Shown: positions 54,290-62,725 of the stretch, piece by piece
Layout of the letters: the number at the start of each line of letters is the position of its first letter
Numbering within the stretch: the stretch's first letter is position 1
Source: Candidatus Woesearchaeota archaeon
Lineage (GTDB): Archaea > Nanobdellota > Nanobdellia > Pacearchaeales > GW2011-AR1
Direction: 5' to 3'
Length of the DNA: 64,000 nucleotides
Assembly: GCA_964576755.1 (NCBI GenBank)
Contig: CAZNUV010000002.1
Coordinates: forward strand, 9,052 to 73,051
Notes under the pieces: model-generated
What the model was told of the DNA's origin: nothing
The model's database searches: none
What the model saw: the letters and a program-made list of their open reading frames with translations, nothing else
Position numbers and translations under genes: made by a program

Positions 54290-54829
54290 TTATTCTTTAT
54301 TTTCTTGGCTCATTTTAACATAGACTTCTTCCATCTCATCTGGGATGAAGATAGATTCAATATAGTCATACTTTCCATTTACTTTTTTTCCAGGATAAGC
54401 ATAATAAACATTCCCATTTGTAGCTTCTAAAATGACTCTTACTCTTTTTCCATTCTTATCCCATTGATTACCTTCACACCATGCATGGAATAATTCATCG
54501 CTTACTCTTTGTTTTCCAACAATTAGCTTAACATGAATCCCCTTTTCGTTTAAAAGGTGTTTAAGTAATCTAGCCATCTCATTACAATCTCCAGTATTTT
54601 TAGAAACTGTTTCTTCTAATGTTAACCATTTATTATTTCTTTTATACTCTATTTTATTAACCCTACCCATTGCACTTTCGATTATACCCATATCTGTATT
54701 AAAAACAGCATAATCAATTCCATTCTTTCTATTTTCTTCAATTAGATTATTAATCTTTAATCCTCCATAAAGGCCTAAAACTGTCATAGAAACTATTGCT
54801 AAAGGATATTTAATCCAAGGATATTTCAT
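54290..54829 (-). CDS. Membrane-anchored transglutaminase-like (Cys protease fold) protein
   Basis: 179 aa. N-terminal TM. TGDCNEMARLLKHLLNEKGIHVKLIVGK...FHAWCE fits the G-x-C...GI-x-x-[RK]...HAW core. Confidence 0.55.
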   Translation of the reverse strand: MKYPWIKYPLAIVSMTVLGLYGGLKINNLIEENRKNGIDYAVFNTDMGIIESAMGRVNKIEYKRNNKWLTLEETVSKNTGDCNEMARLLKHLLNEKGIHVKLIVGKQRVSDELFHAWCEGNQWDKNGKRVRVILEATNGNVYYAYPGKKVNGKYDYIESIFIPDEMEEVYVKMSQENKE

Positions 54830-54830
54830 T

Positions 54831-55115
54831 TTAAAAGAAATTATTATTAAACATAGAAGTATGGGTTTCTAATTCTAGATACATCCTATTAACCTTATCT
54901 GAGATTATTTTTGGAGTTATCAGAATTTGGTTTTCTTCTAAGTCTTTTAAAACATAATTTAATATTCTTGGTGCTTGCCTAATCCTGTTTAAACATTTGT
55001 CACACTCTTTTATTATCTTTTTCCTATAGGTTTTAGATATACCTAAACTTTTTAGGTGTTTACAATTAGAATACATTGTTTTAAAATGGCTCCTTAAAAA
55101 ATATTCTTCACTCAT
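54831..55115 (-). CDS. Hypothetical protein (94 aa)
   Basis: Its stop lies 1 nt before the next gene's start. No family recognised. Confidence 0.4.
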   Translation of the reverse strand: MSEEYFLRSHFKTMYSNCKHLKSLGISKTYRKKIIKECDKCLNRIRQAPRILNYVLKDLEENQILITPKIISDKVNRMYLELETHTSMFNNNFF

Positions 55116-55218
55116 TTTATTTTTAGGCTCTTTGTTTTTTTAAATAAATCTATTGTAGAGTATATATTTTATATTTTTTAAATAATTCGGTTATTAAATG
55201 TATATTTTATTAAATCGT

Positions 55219-56331
55219 TTATAAGAAAAATTCTGCTAAGATACCTAAGATAAAGATAAGGCTGACTAAGATAATAATTGCCCAATTAATAGGAATTGAA
55301 AATTCTGGCTTTCTATTTCCAAGTTTTTTAGCTCGTTTGTTTATTATTAGAATTAATATTCCTGTTAATCCTCCAGAGATAACTCCTCCTATTCCTAACA
55401 CTTGTACAAAATCTAATAAGTTGAAAAAAGAGATAATTAAATAGAGTAAGAGTGGAAAAAGACATACCCAGAAAAATGTTGTAAAATTTGAAGATTTGAA
55501 ATCATATCTAAAAATATCTCTAAAAGAAAAACTTAAGACAAAATAACTAGTTAGCATAGTAAATATTCCTAGAATTATTACAAATTTTCCAAGAGACAGA
55601 GTTGCGACTTCTGGAACATTGCTGCCCAATATCCCTACAAATGTGAAACAGAATAGAAGATATAGAATAATTGGAACTAATATTCCAAACATAATTGCTT
55701 TTTTATATTTCTTTTCTTGACCTTTTATTTCCATTCTTAGTTCAGGTATAGATGTAAATCCTAACAATGCAAATAGAATTACCCCCATAGGAATAAAAAT
55801 ATTTGGAAGATTAATCTCACTTAAATAGGTATAATTTACCTCTGGAAGATACCATATAAAAATAAAAATAACTAAAAAAGCTATTGCTAAGACACCCCAA
55901 GTTTCAATATTTTTTAATCCTTTTAATCCAAATTTTAAAAGCATTGTCATAACTATCCAAAAACCAATTCCAAAGAACAAAGCATATTTTAGACTTCCGG
56001 TAAATAAAATAGATAGGCTTTGCCCTTCTCCTATAAGATATGCAAGTAGTGCTGAATAAATACCAAAAGCCATTGCAAAAAACATTACCTTTTCACCGTT
56101 TTTTCCAAGATATTTTTTTGCATATCCTGTAAGTTGATGATTATCTTTTGTTCTTAGTCCAATTTCTCCAAGATAAAGATTAACAATTAGAATAATAAAT
56201 CCAAGTAAAATCAACCAGATTAAACCAATAAGAAATCCAGATTTTGCAAAAACATAAGGTAGTCCTAGAATTCCTGCCCCAATTATTGTGCCAGTTAGTG
56301 TGAAGGCTGTTGCCCAAAATTTTTTATTCAT
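55219..56331 (-). CDS. Amino-acid permease (aromatic/hydroxy amino-acid permease-like, APC superfamily)
   Basis: About 11 TM. FWATAFTLTGTIIGAGILGLPYVFAKSG. The ORF track uses TTG 56355; ATG 56331 is preferred. Confidence 0.6.
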   Translation of the reverse strand: MNKKFWATAFTLTGTIIGAGILGLPYVFAKSGFLIGLIWLILLGFIILIVNLYLGEIGLRTKDNHQLTGYAKKYLGKNGEKVMFFAMAFGIYSALLAYLIGEGQSLSILFTGSLKYALFFGIGFWIVMTMLLKFGLKGLKNIETWGVLAIAFLVIFIFIWYLPEVNYTYLSEINLPNIFIPMGVILFALLGFTSIPELRMEIKGQEKKYKKAIMFGILVPIILYLLFCFTFVGILGSNVPEVATLSLGKFVIILGIFTMLTSYFVLSFSFRDIFRYDFKSSNFTTFFWVCLFPLLLYLIISFFNLLDFVQVLGIGGVISGGLTGILILIINKRAKKLGNRKPEFSIPINWAIIILVSLIFILGILAEFFL

Positions 56332-56391
56332 TTTCCTCTTTTTTTTACTAATCAAGAAGTTTTTAAATATGTTTTGTATGGTATTTTGTGT

Positions 56392-56463
56392 GGGCTTATA
56401 GTTTAATGGATAGAATAACAGGTTTCGGCCCTGTTGATCGAGGTTCGAGTCCTCGTAAGCCCG
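56392..56463 (+). tRNA. tRNA-Arg (anticodon UCG)
   Basis: 72 nt. Acceptor GGGCTTA/TAAGCCC, anticodon stem ACAGG/CCTGT with loop TTTCGGC (G37), T-arm CGAGG-TTCGAGT-CCTCG. No encoded CCA. Confidence 0.9.
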
Positions 56464-56505
56464 TATTTCCCATATGTTTTTAAATTTAGGAAATCTTTAC
56501 TAATC

Positions 56506-57969
56506 ATGCAAAATAAAAAATCTAAAGAGAATAATAAACAACAAGAAATTGATAATAAAGGCATAACTGTAAAAAAACAAGAAAACATGCCTGAGTGGTA
56601 TTCTGAAGTTGTACAAAAAGCAGAGCTTGCAGACTATTCAACTATCCAAGGTTTTATGGTAATCCGGCCTAATGCTTATTCTATATGGGAAAAAATTCAA
56701 GAGTATTTTAATAATAGACTTGAAAAAATGCAAGTAAAAAATTCTTATTTTCCATTACTTATCCCAGAAAGTTTTTTTAAGAGAGAAGCAGAGCACGCGC
56801 AAGGGTTTGCTCCTGAGCTTGCTTATATTCAGAAAAAAGAAGATGGAGAAAGATTTGCAATTAGGCCTACAAGTGAAACAATAATGTATGATTCTTATTC
56901 AAAATGGATTAGATCTTGGAGAGACTTGCCTTTAAGATTAAATCAATGGTGTAATGTTTTGAGATGGGAAGTTAAACAGACAAAACCATTTTTAAGGACT
57001 CGTGAATTTTTATGGCAAGAGGGACATAATGTTTTTGAGACAGAGAAAGAGGCTGTTGAAGATATGATGATGGTTATTAAGGAATATAAAAAATTATGCG
57101 AAGAACAGCTTGCAATTCCTGTTTTAGTTGGAAGAAAATCTCAAGCTGAAAAGTTTCCTGGAGCAATTACAACAATGACTACAGAGGCCTTAATGCCTGA
57201 TGGAAAAGCTCTGCAATGTGGAACAACACATAATCTTGGTCAAGGTTTTGCAAAAGTATTCAATATTAAATATTTAGATAAAAATGAAAAACAGTCTTAT
57301 CCTTTTCAGACTTCTTGGGGATTTTCTACAAGATTGATTGGTGCAGTAATTATGACCCATGGAGATGATAAGGGTTTTGTTCTTCCACCAAAAATTGCTA
57401 AAAATAAAGCAGTAATTGTTCCGATTTTAATTGGTTCTGAAAAAGATAAAGAAAAAGTTTTGAAAAAATGTTTAGAAGTTGAAAAAAAACTATCAAAGTT
57501 TGGAGTTTTTGTTGATTCTCGTGAAGAGTATAATCCTGGTTGGAAATTTAATGAGTGGGAATTAAAAGGTATTCCTCTTAGAATTGAAATTGGTCCTAAA
57601 GATTTAGAAAAAAAGCAGATAACTATTGTTCGGAGGGACACTGGTAAAAAGGATTTTATTAAAGAGAAAGATATTTCTATTAATGTTGGAAAAATCTTAG
57701 AAGATATTCAAAAAAGTTTATTTGAAAAGGCTAAGAAATTTTTAGATAGTCAGATAGATTCTGCTTCTAGTCTTGCAGAATTAAAAACAAAAATTAGTCA
57801 AGGAAAAATAGTCAAAGCTTATTTTACAGAATCAGAAAGAGTTGAAGGAGAAATAAGAGATTCTGTAGGAGTTAATTCTAGATTTGTTGAAGATGTAAAA
57901 AAACCAGGAAAATGCATTATCACTGGAAAACCTGTAAATACTTTAGGATATTTTGCTAAGAATTATTAA
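56506..57969 (+). CDS. proS: Prolyl-tRNA synthetase (archaeal/eukaryote-like type)
   Basis: The ORF-track start 56434 lies inside tRNA-Arg; ATG 56506 is preferred (487 aa). Class II motifs present. Ends with the C-terminal ...AKNY, typical of this type. Confidence 0.9.
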   Translation: MQNKKSKENNKQQEIDNKGITVKKQENMPEWYSEVVQKAELADYSTIQGFMVIRPNAYSIWEKIQEYFNNRLEKMQVKNSYFPLLIPESFFKREAEHAQGFAPELAYIQKKEDGERFAIRPTSETIMYDSYSKWIRSWRDLPLRLNQWCNVLRWEVKQTKPFLRTREFLWQEGHNVFETEKEAVEDMMMVIKEYKKLCEEQLAIPVLVGRKSQAEKFPGAITTMTTEALMPDGKALQCGTTHNLGQGFAKVFNIKYLDKNEKQSYPFQTSWGFSTRLIGAVIMTHGDDKGFVLPPKIAKNKAVIVPILIGSEKDKEKVLKKCLEVEKKLSKFGVFVDSREEYNPGWKFNEWELKGIPLRIEIGPKDLEKKQITIVRRDTGKKDFIKEKDISINVGKILEDIQKSLFEKAKKFLDSQIDSASSLAELKTKISQGKIVKAYFTESERVEGEIRDSVGVNSRFVEDVKKPGKCIITGKPVNTLGYFAKNY

Positions 57970-57984
57970 TCTTTTATTCAAATA

Positions 57985-58359
57985 TTAATTCAGTTCCGGA
58001 TAAAATCCTCTTTTAAGAACTTGTTTTTTGAATTTTACAATTTTTAATTCTTTTATTAAAAATTTAAGAGTTTTATTTGTATTGAATTCTTCATTTGAAT
58101 AAATATCTAAACAAATCCATCTTTTTTTTGGATAGGTGTGTATTGTGATACTACTTTGTTTAAGAAGAACTGTTCCTGTAATACATTCTTCTGGTTCTTC
58201 TATTTTAACTATGATAGGGTCTGAGGTCTGGTCTAGTTTTAATTTTCTAGTTATTTTTAGAAGAATTTGTTTAATCTTTTGTTCATCTTTTAGATTTTCT
58301 TTTGAACTACCATCTAATACTAAATGATTCCCTTTTTCTAATATTTTTTGACTTGGCAT
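57985..58359 (-). CDS. AdoMetDC-like (SpeH/pyruvoyl decarboxylase fold) protein with a non-canonical processing and active site
   Basis: 124 aa. GNHLVLDG...ITGTVLLKQSSITIHTYPKKRWICLDIYSNEEF aligns to the ...VSGVVVISESHLTIHTWPE...DLFTCG pattern of short AdoMetDCs. ES changes to QS and the catalytic Cys to Ser. Confidence 0.5.
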   Translation of the reverse strand: MPSQKILEKGNHLVLDGSSKENLKDEQKIKQILLKITRKLKLDQTSDPIIVKIEEPEECITGTVLLKQSSITIHTYPKKRWICLDIYSNEEFNTNKTLKFLIKELKIVKFKKQVLKRGFYPELN

Positions 58360-58433
58360 GTTTTATCATAACTTTTTCTATTTTATAAATGTTAGGATTG
58401 AGTGGGTTCACTTGAGAATGAGTAAGATTTCTT

Positions 58434-59396
58434 CTATTCAACAAACGCTTTAGCAACAATTAAAGGAAAGACAAGTGTTGCGTCTGCATAGACTTTTACT
58501 GATTTCGCATTCTGCGAAATCTTTCCCCAGGAAACTGCTTCATCTGGCCGAGCACCAGAATCACTTGCATCAAATTCTTGTGCAGTATTAATATAGACAG
58601 CATAATCTGCACCATTTCTGTATAAGTTTGCATTACAGATTGAATGTTTTACAACTCCACCGCCAAGGATAATCATTCCTGTTTTTTCTTTTCCAATTGT
58701 TGAATTATTGAGTTCTTCTGTATCTGCTATAATATCAAGAGTAAAATCAGGATTTGAATTTTTGAAAAAATAAAGCATGTCTCCAATAGAGCCATCCATT
58801 ATTGCAGGACAGAATACAGGTATATTGTTTTTTTGAGCCCAGTAGTAGATTGATTCTTTATTGTCTATTTCTTTTCCTAGAATTTTTATTAAATCCCCTG
58901 GAGTTTTTATTTGTGATTTGTATTTTTTTAATATTTTAATTGCAAAATCTTCAAATTTACAATATCTTGAATTTGGAATAAGAATATTTCCTGCCCTGTT
59001 TATACCTTTGTCTCGTAAATCAGATCCAGATAGTTTAAAGTCTCCTAACTTAAAATCTCCTAAACATTTGATAAAGTCCTCTTCAATTCCTCCTGCTGTT
59101 GTAACAAGTACATCAACTAGTTTGTGTTCTGTTAAATATCTGATTATTTCTCTAATTCCTGTTGTAGCCATGTTTGATGTATATCCAAGATAAATATAGG
59201 CCTTGTTTTTCCTCATTTCTTTTATAATTTCAATTGCTTTTCCTAGGTTTGAAGCTTGTGCTCCTGTTGACATGTATGTATCAAGTAATTTTGAATAATC
59301 CAAACCAGAGTTAAAGTCATAACCTTTTATAGAAATCCCTTTAGGTTCTTGGCTTTCCCGCAAGATGTTTTCTCGTGCGATCTTGTCTTTATCCAT
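58434..59396 (-). CDS. dys: Deoxyhypusine synthase
   Basis: 320 aa. [18 protein letters not shown] and ILGGGVVKH. Confidence 0.9.
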   Translation of the reverse strand: MDKDKIARENILRESQEPKGISIKGYDFNSGLDYSKLLDTYMSTGAQASNLGKAIEIIKEMRKNKAYIYLGYTSNMATTGIREIIRYLTEHKLVDVLVTTAGGIEEDFIKCLGDFKLGDFKLSGSDLRDKGINRAGNILIPNSRYCKFEDFAIKILKKYKSQIKTPGDLIKILGKEIDNKESIYYWAQKNNIPVFCPAIMDGSIGDMLYFFKNSNPDFTLDIIADTEELNNSTIGKEKTGMIILGGGVVKHSICNANLYRNGADYAVYINTAQEFDASDSGARPDEAVSWGKISQNAKSVKVYADATLVFPLIVAKAFVE

Positions 59397-59478
59397 AAGA
59401 ATAAGGGTTATTTTTTGTTATTTAAAGATTGTGATGAGTTATATATAAATTTAAATATTATTAATTTGCCTGAGAAGT

Positions 59479-59775
59479 ATGGGTAAAATTCCATTAAGGA
59501 CAATTGATGAAACCTATGAGAGTCCACTTAAGATAGGGGGCAAAGCAATTGTAACTAGGGTTATTGGGGAGTATAGTTCTAATCGAAGGGAATATACTCT
59601 TGCAGAGTTTTTAAGAGTTGGAGATAGTGAAAGACAATTAGGAACTTGGAGTTTAGAAGACCCACTTATGATAAATGATGTATCTAATCGTTCTACTGAA
59701 CAGTTAGTAATGGAAATCAGAGCCAAGGCCATCCAGGATAGAGATATTCTTGCCATAATTAAATCAATGTTGTAA
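59479..59775 (+). CDS. Hypothetical protein (98 aa)
   Basis: TTTAAATA ends 21 nt before the ATG. No family recognised. Confidence 0.45.
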   Translation: MGKIPLRTIDETYESPLKIGGKAIVTRVIGEYSSNRREYTLAEFLRVGDSERQLGTWSLEDPLMINDVSNRSTEQLVMEIRAKAIQDRDILAIIKSML

Positions 59776-59845
59776 TGTCAAGGATTCTTAAAATGTATTT
59801 TAAATTATCTAAATTATTATAAAGGAAATCATTGTTCCTAGAATC

Positions 59846-60220
59846 ATGAGAGCAATATTTGGAGAAACAGGACCAAGTATTTATTTAGAACCCCAAGATA
59901 AGAATGATGTAGAACAAGGAAAAACACTTGCCTGTATTGTTGATGATTATAAACGTCCAATATTATGTTTGGAGGTTGTAGATATTATCTCTGGAGATGA
60001 TGAATCTAGGGATGATGGAATTAGTATGCAGTATTGGCCTCCGAATGTTGGTCAGAGAAATAGTACTCTAATTTTTGTTGATATAAGTAGGGGTGCATTT
60101 AATAGATTAATTACTGTTTACGATAAAGAAGCTGGAGGGGGTTTTTATTGTGCTAGGACAAAGTATGATAGGATTCATCTTACTTATTATATGGATGATG
60201 ATTTTGGGCCTGGAAAATAG
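59846..60220 (+). CDS. Hypothetical protein (124 aa), Arg/Asp/Gly-rich relative to its neighbours
   Basis: Open frame. No family recognised. Confidence 0.45.
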   Translation: MRAIFGETGPSIYLEPQDKNDVEQGKTLACIVDDYKRPILCLEVVDIISGDDESRDDGISMQYWPPNVGQRNSTLIFVDISRGAFNRLITVYDKEAGGGFYCARTKYDRIHLTYYMDDDFGPGK

Positions 60221-60245
60221 GTGTTTTTTGTTGTTTGAGGTTTGG

Positions 60246-60266
60246 GTTTAAAGATTGTGGATTGTG
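60246..60266 (-). promoter_or_regulatory. Orphan promoter-like element (TATA-like plus tandem GATTGTG heptamers) between convergent genes
   Basis: GTTTAAAGATTGTGGATTGTG has the same TTTAAAGATTGTG string as the dys promoter region, but no CDS lies downstream in either direction. Confidence 0.25.
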
Positions 60267-60296
60267 TGGAAGAATAGAAAAAATTTAGAAAACTAT

Positions 60297-60641
60297 TTAT
60301 TTAATTCTCATACCATAAAATCTTGTTTGTACAATATCTGTTTCTAAATTATATGAAGTTTGAATCTCTCCAACACGAACATTTACCCCGGGTATCCATT
60401 CCACTCTAAAATTTAATCCTCTAGATTGATTTGGAAATATGATTGGATAATTTACAGAATTTCTTAAGATTTTTGTTCCATCAAGTAAGGATATAGCATC
60501 TTGGACTAATTTATTTTCCCTAATATATTTAAGAGCCTGATTTAATTCATCTGGTTTAATATCCCCTGTGTGGGGAATAGTGGGTATATCTACATCTAAT
60601 TCTGGGAATTCTCTTTTCAATATTTCTTCAATGGGTTCCAT
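60297..60641 (-). CDS. Hypothetical protein (114 aa)
   Basis: TTTAAATA (minus strand) lies about 22 nt upstream of the ATG. No family recognised. Confidence 0.45.
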   Translation of the reverse strand: MEPIEEILKREFPELDVDIPTIPHTGDIKPDELNQALKYIRENKLVQDAISLLDGTKILRNSVNYPIIFPNQSRGLNFRVEWIPGVNVRVGEIQTSYNLETDIVQTRFYGMRIK

Positions 60642-60724
60642 GGTTTTTATTATTGTGAGAGGTTATTTAAAGATTATGGTTTTGTTTTCAAAAGATTTTT
60701 AAACCGTTACTAGATGATTATTTT

Positions 60725-61066
60725 ATGGTTAGTCTAAAGGATATGAGAGAATTACATGAAGAATTTAAAAAAAATACAGAGCAATATTACAAAGAATTAG
60801 ATAAAAACAAGTCTCTTTTTGATATGTCAATAGGTTCACAGAATTATAAAAGAGTTATAGAATTAGCAAATGAATCATATAATTTAGTGTTTAATAATTA
60901 TCAATTTTCTATAGATCTTAGAAGAAAGATTTGTGAGATGGCAGAGCAAGTAACAGAACCAATTTTAATTGAATCATTTAAGAGTCTAGGGCAATCAATA
61001 GATGGTTATATCCAAGGTTGTGCTGAAAGACTGAATAGGCTTGGTGATGAATTAAGACCATTATGA
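60725..61066 (+). CDS. Hypothetical helical protein (113 aa)
   Basis: TTTTTAAA ends 21 nt before the ATG. No family recognised. Confidence 0.45.
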   Translation: MVSLKDMRELHEEFKKNTEQYYKELDKNKSLFDMSIGSQNYKRVIELANESYNLVFNNYQFSIDLRRKICEMAEQVTEPILIESFKSLGQSIDGYIQGCAERLNRLGDELRPL

Positions 61067-62008
61067 TCACATCCTTCTCAAACGAGAAATCCTCTGTTCA
61101 ATAGGAGGATGAGTAGCAAACATCACTTGCATTTTTGAGGGGCTTGAGATGAAGAGAGGAGCAACAGCTCCTGAAACCTTTTTTTCCATTCCTGCACTGG
61201 TATTTATCTTTTCAAGCGCACCTATTAATCCTGTTGGAGAACGTGTCATTTTAACTCCTGTTGCGTCTGCAGTGTATTCTCGCTTTCGCGAGATTGCTAA
61301 CCTTACTAAAGAAACAGCAATTGGAGCAAGAATTGCAAGAGCAATTCCAATTATTAAGAATATAGCATTACTATTATTCTTACTTCCTTTTCCACCTGAA
61401 AAACTACTCCAAAATAAACTTCTTAAAAATATTTGAGAGATAATTGAAATCATCCCTATAAGCACTGCTGTAAGAGTCATAAATCTAATATCATAATTTG
61501 CAATGTGTGATAATTCATGACTTAGAACACCTTCTAATTCTTGTTTATTGAGTTTTTCTAAAGCTCCTGTTGTAACACAAATTACAGATTTTTCTGGATT
61601 TCTACCAGATGCAAAAGCATTAATTGATTTTTCTTCCATTACATATAGTCCTGGTTTTGGCATTCCGCTTGCAAGACATAAACCTTCAACAATATTATGA
61701 TATTGTCTGTATTTTTCTTGTGTTGCCTTTTTTGCTCCAACAGATGCAAGTGCAATATTATGAGACTTATAATAACCTACAACAATATAAACAATAGAAA
61801 AAATAGTTGCAGTAATCATTATAATTAAAAAATAATCAGGCCCCATTGCCATTCCAATAACATACCCGAAGGCAATTAAAACAATAAAAATTAAAACTAT
61901 TAATATTCCAGAATAAATTTTATTTTTTCTTATTTCTTCATAAAAAGAAAGCCTTGCTTTTGGGATTGTTTGGTTTTGCTTTGTTTTTTCTGAATTTGAT
62001 TGTTCCAT
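61067..62008 (-). CDS. htpX: HtpX-type M48 membrane zinc protease
   Basis: 313 aa. TM helices and HELSHIANYD. Confidence 0.9.
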   Translation of the reverse strand: MEQSNSEKTKQNQTIPKARLSFYEEIRKNKIYSGILIVLIFIVLIAFGYVIGMAMGPDYFLIIMITATIFSIVYIVVGYYKSHNIALASVGAKKATQEKYRQYHNIVEGLCLASGMPKPGLYVMEEKSINAFASGRNPEKSVICVTTGALEKLNKQELEGVLSHELSHIANYDIRFMTLTAVLIGMISIISQIFLRSLFWSSFSGGKGSKNNSNAIFLIIGIALAILAPIAVSLVRLAISRKREYTADATGVKMTRSPTGLIGALEKINTSAGMEKKVSGAVAPLFISSPSKMQVMFATHPPIEQRISRLRRM

Positions 62009-62130
62009 TTTATTGTATATTTTGGATAATACCTTTTAGTAGATATATTTTATAACCATCCTTTTTAATTATATAGTTTATTAAGTATACTTTACAATAT
62101 CTATCTTGTAATATATATCTTTCAATATGC

Positions 62131-62685
62131 CTAATCAAAAGCAACCTTTGGAACTGCTCTTGCTTCTGTTGGGATTTTTAAATAGTCTTTTTTACCAAAA
62201 CCATACATCTTTGCAAACCAGATTCCTGGGATTGTAGTTGTTAGAACATTATAAGACATAATACCATCATTGTAATACTGTCTTGCATAAGCTACTTTAT
62301 CTTCTATTGCTGATAGCTCCTGTTGTAATTGTAAAAAGTTTTCATTTGCCTTTAAGTTTGGATAGTTTTCAGCAAGTGCAAATACTGATTTTAAAGCACT
62401 TTGTAATTGGTTTCCTGCTTTAATCTTTTTGTCCATTGTTTTTGCACCAATTAAAGCTTTTCTCGCTTCTGTTACTTCAGTAATAATCCCTTTTTCATGT
62501 TTCATATAACCTTTTACAGCAGAGATTAAATTTGGAACTAAATCAGCCCTTTTTCTTAATTGAACATCAATCTGTGCTAAAGAATTATCTATTTGATTTG
62601 TAAGTCTTACAAATCTGTTATAATACATAAAAAAGACTAGAGCAATTAACAATACTACAGCCCCAATTATAATCCACATTATCAT
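62131..62685 (-). CDS. lemA: LemA-family protein
   Basis: 184 aa. N-terminal TM. YNRFVRLTNQIDNSLAQIDVQLRKRADLVPNLISAVKGYMKHE. Confidence 0.9.
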   Translation of the reverse strand: MIMWIIIGAVVLLIALVFFMYYNRFVRLTNQIDNSLAQIDVQLRKRADLVPNLISAVKGYMKHEKGIITEVTEARKALIGAKTMDKKIKAGNQLQSALKSVFALAENYPNLKANENFLQLQQELSAIEDKVAYARQYYNDGIMSYNVLTTTIPGIWFAKMYGFGKKDYLKIPTEARAVPKVAFD

Positions 62686-62725
62686 ATTTTAATAATAGTC
62701 TATTGGTTTATAAAGATTGTGAATG

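Noticed and set aside
56403-56588. ORF 56403-56588 (-) and the 5' extension of the proS ORF from 56434.
   Set aside because: Both run through the tRNA-Arg gene (56392-56463). proS has a proper ATG at 56506, after which the conserved ProRS N-terminus begins.
59431-59473. A possible C/D-box sRNA, with GTGATGA (59431-59437) and CTGA (59470-59473) about 33 nt apart in the dys/59479 intergenic region.
   Set aside because: There are no internal D'/C' boxes and no terminal stem. The would-be guide is pure A/T (it is the TATA region of gene 59479). The GTGATGA is part of the recurrent AGATTGTGATGA promoter-associated motif.
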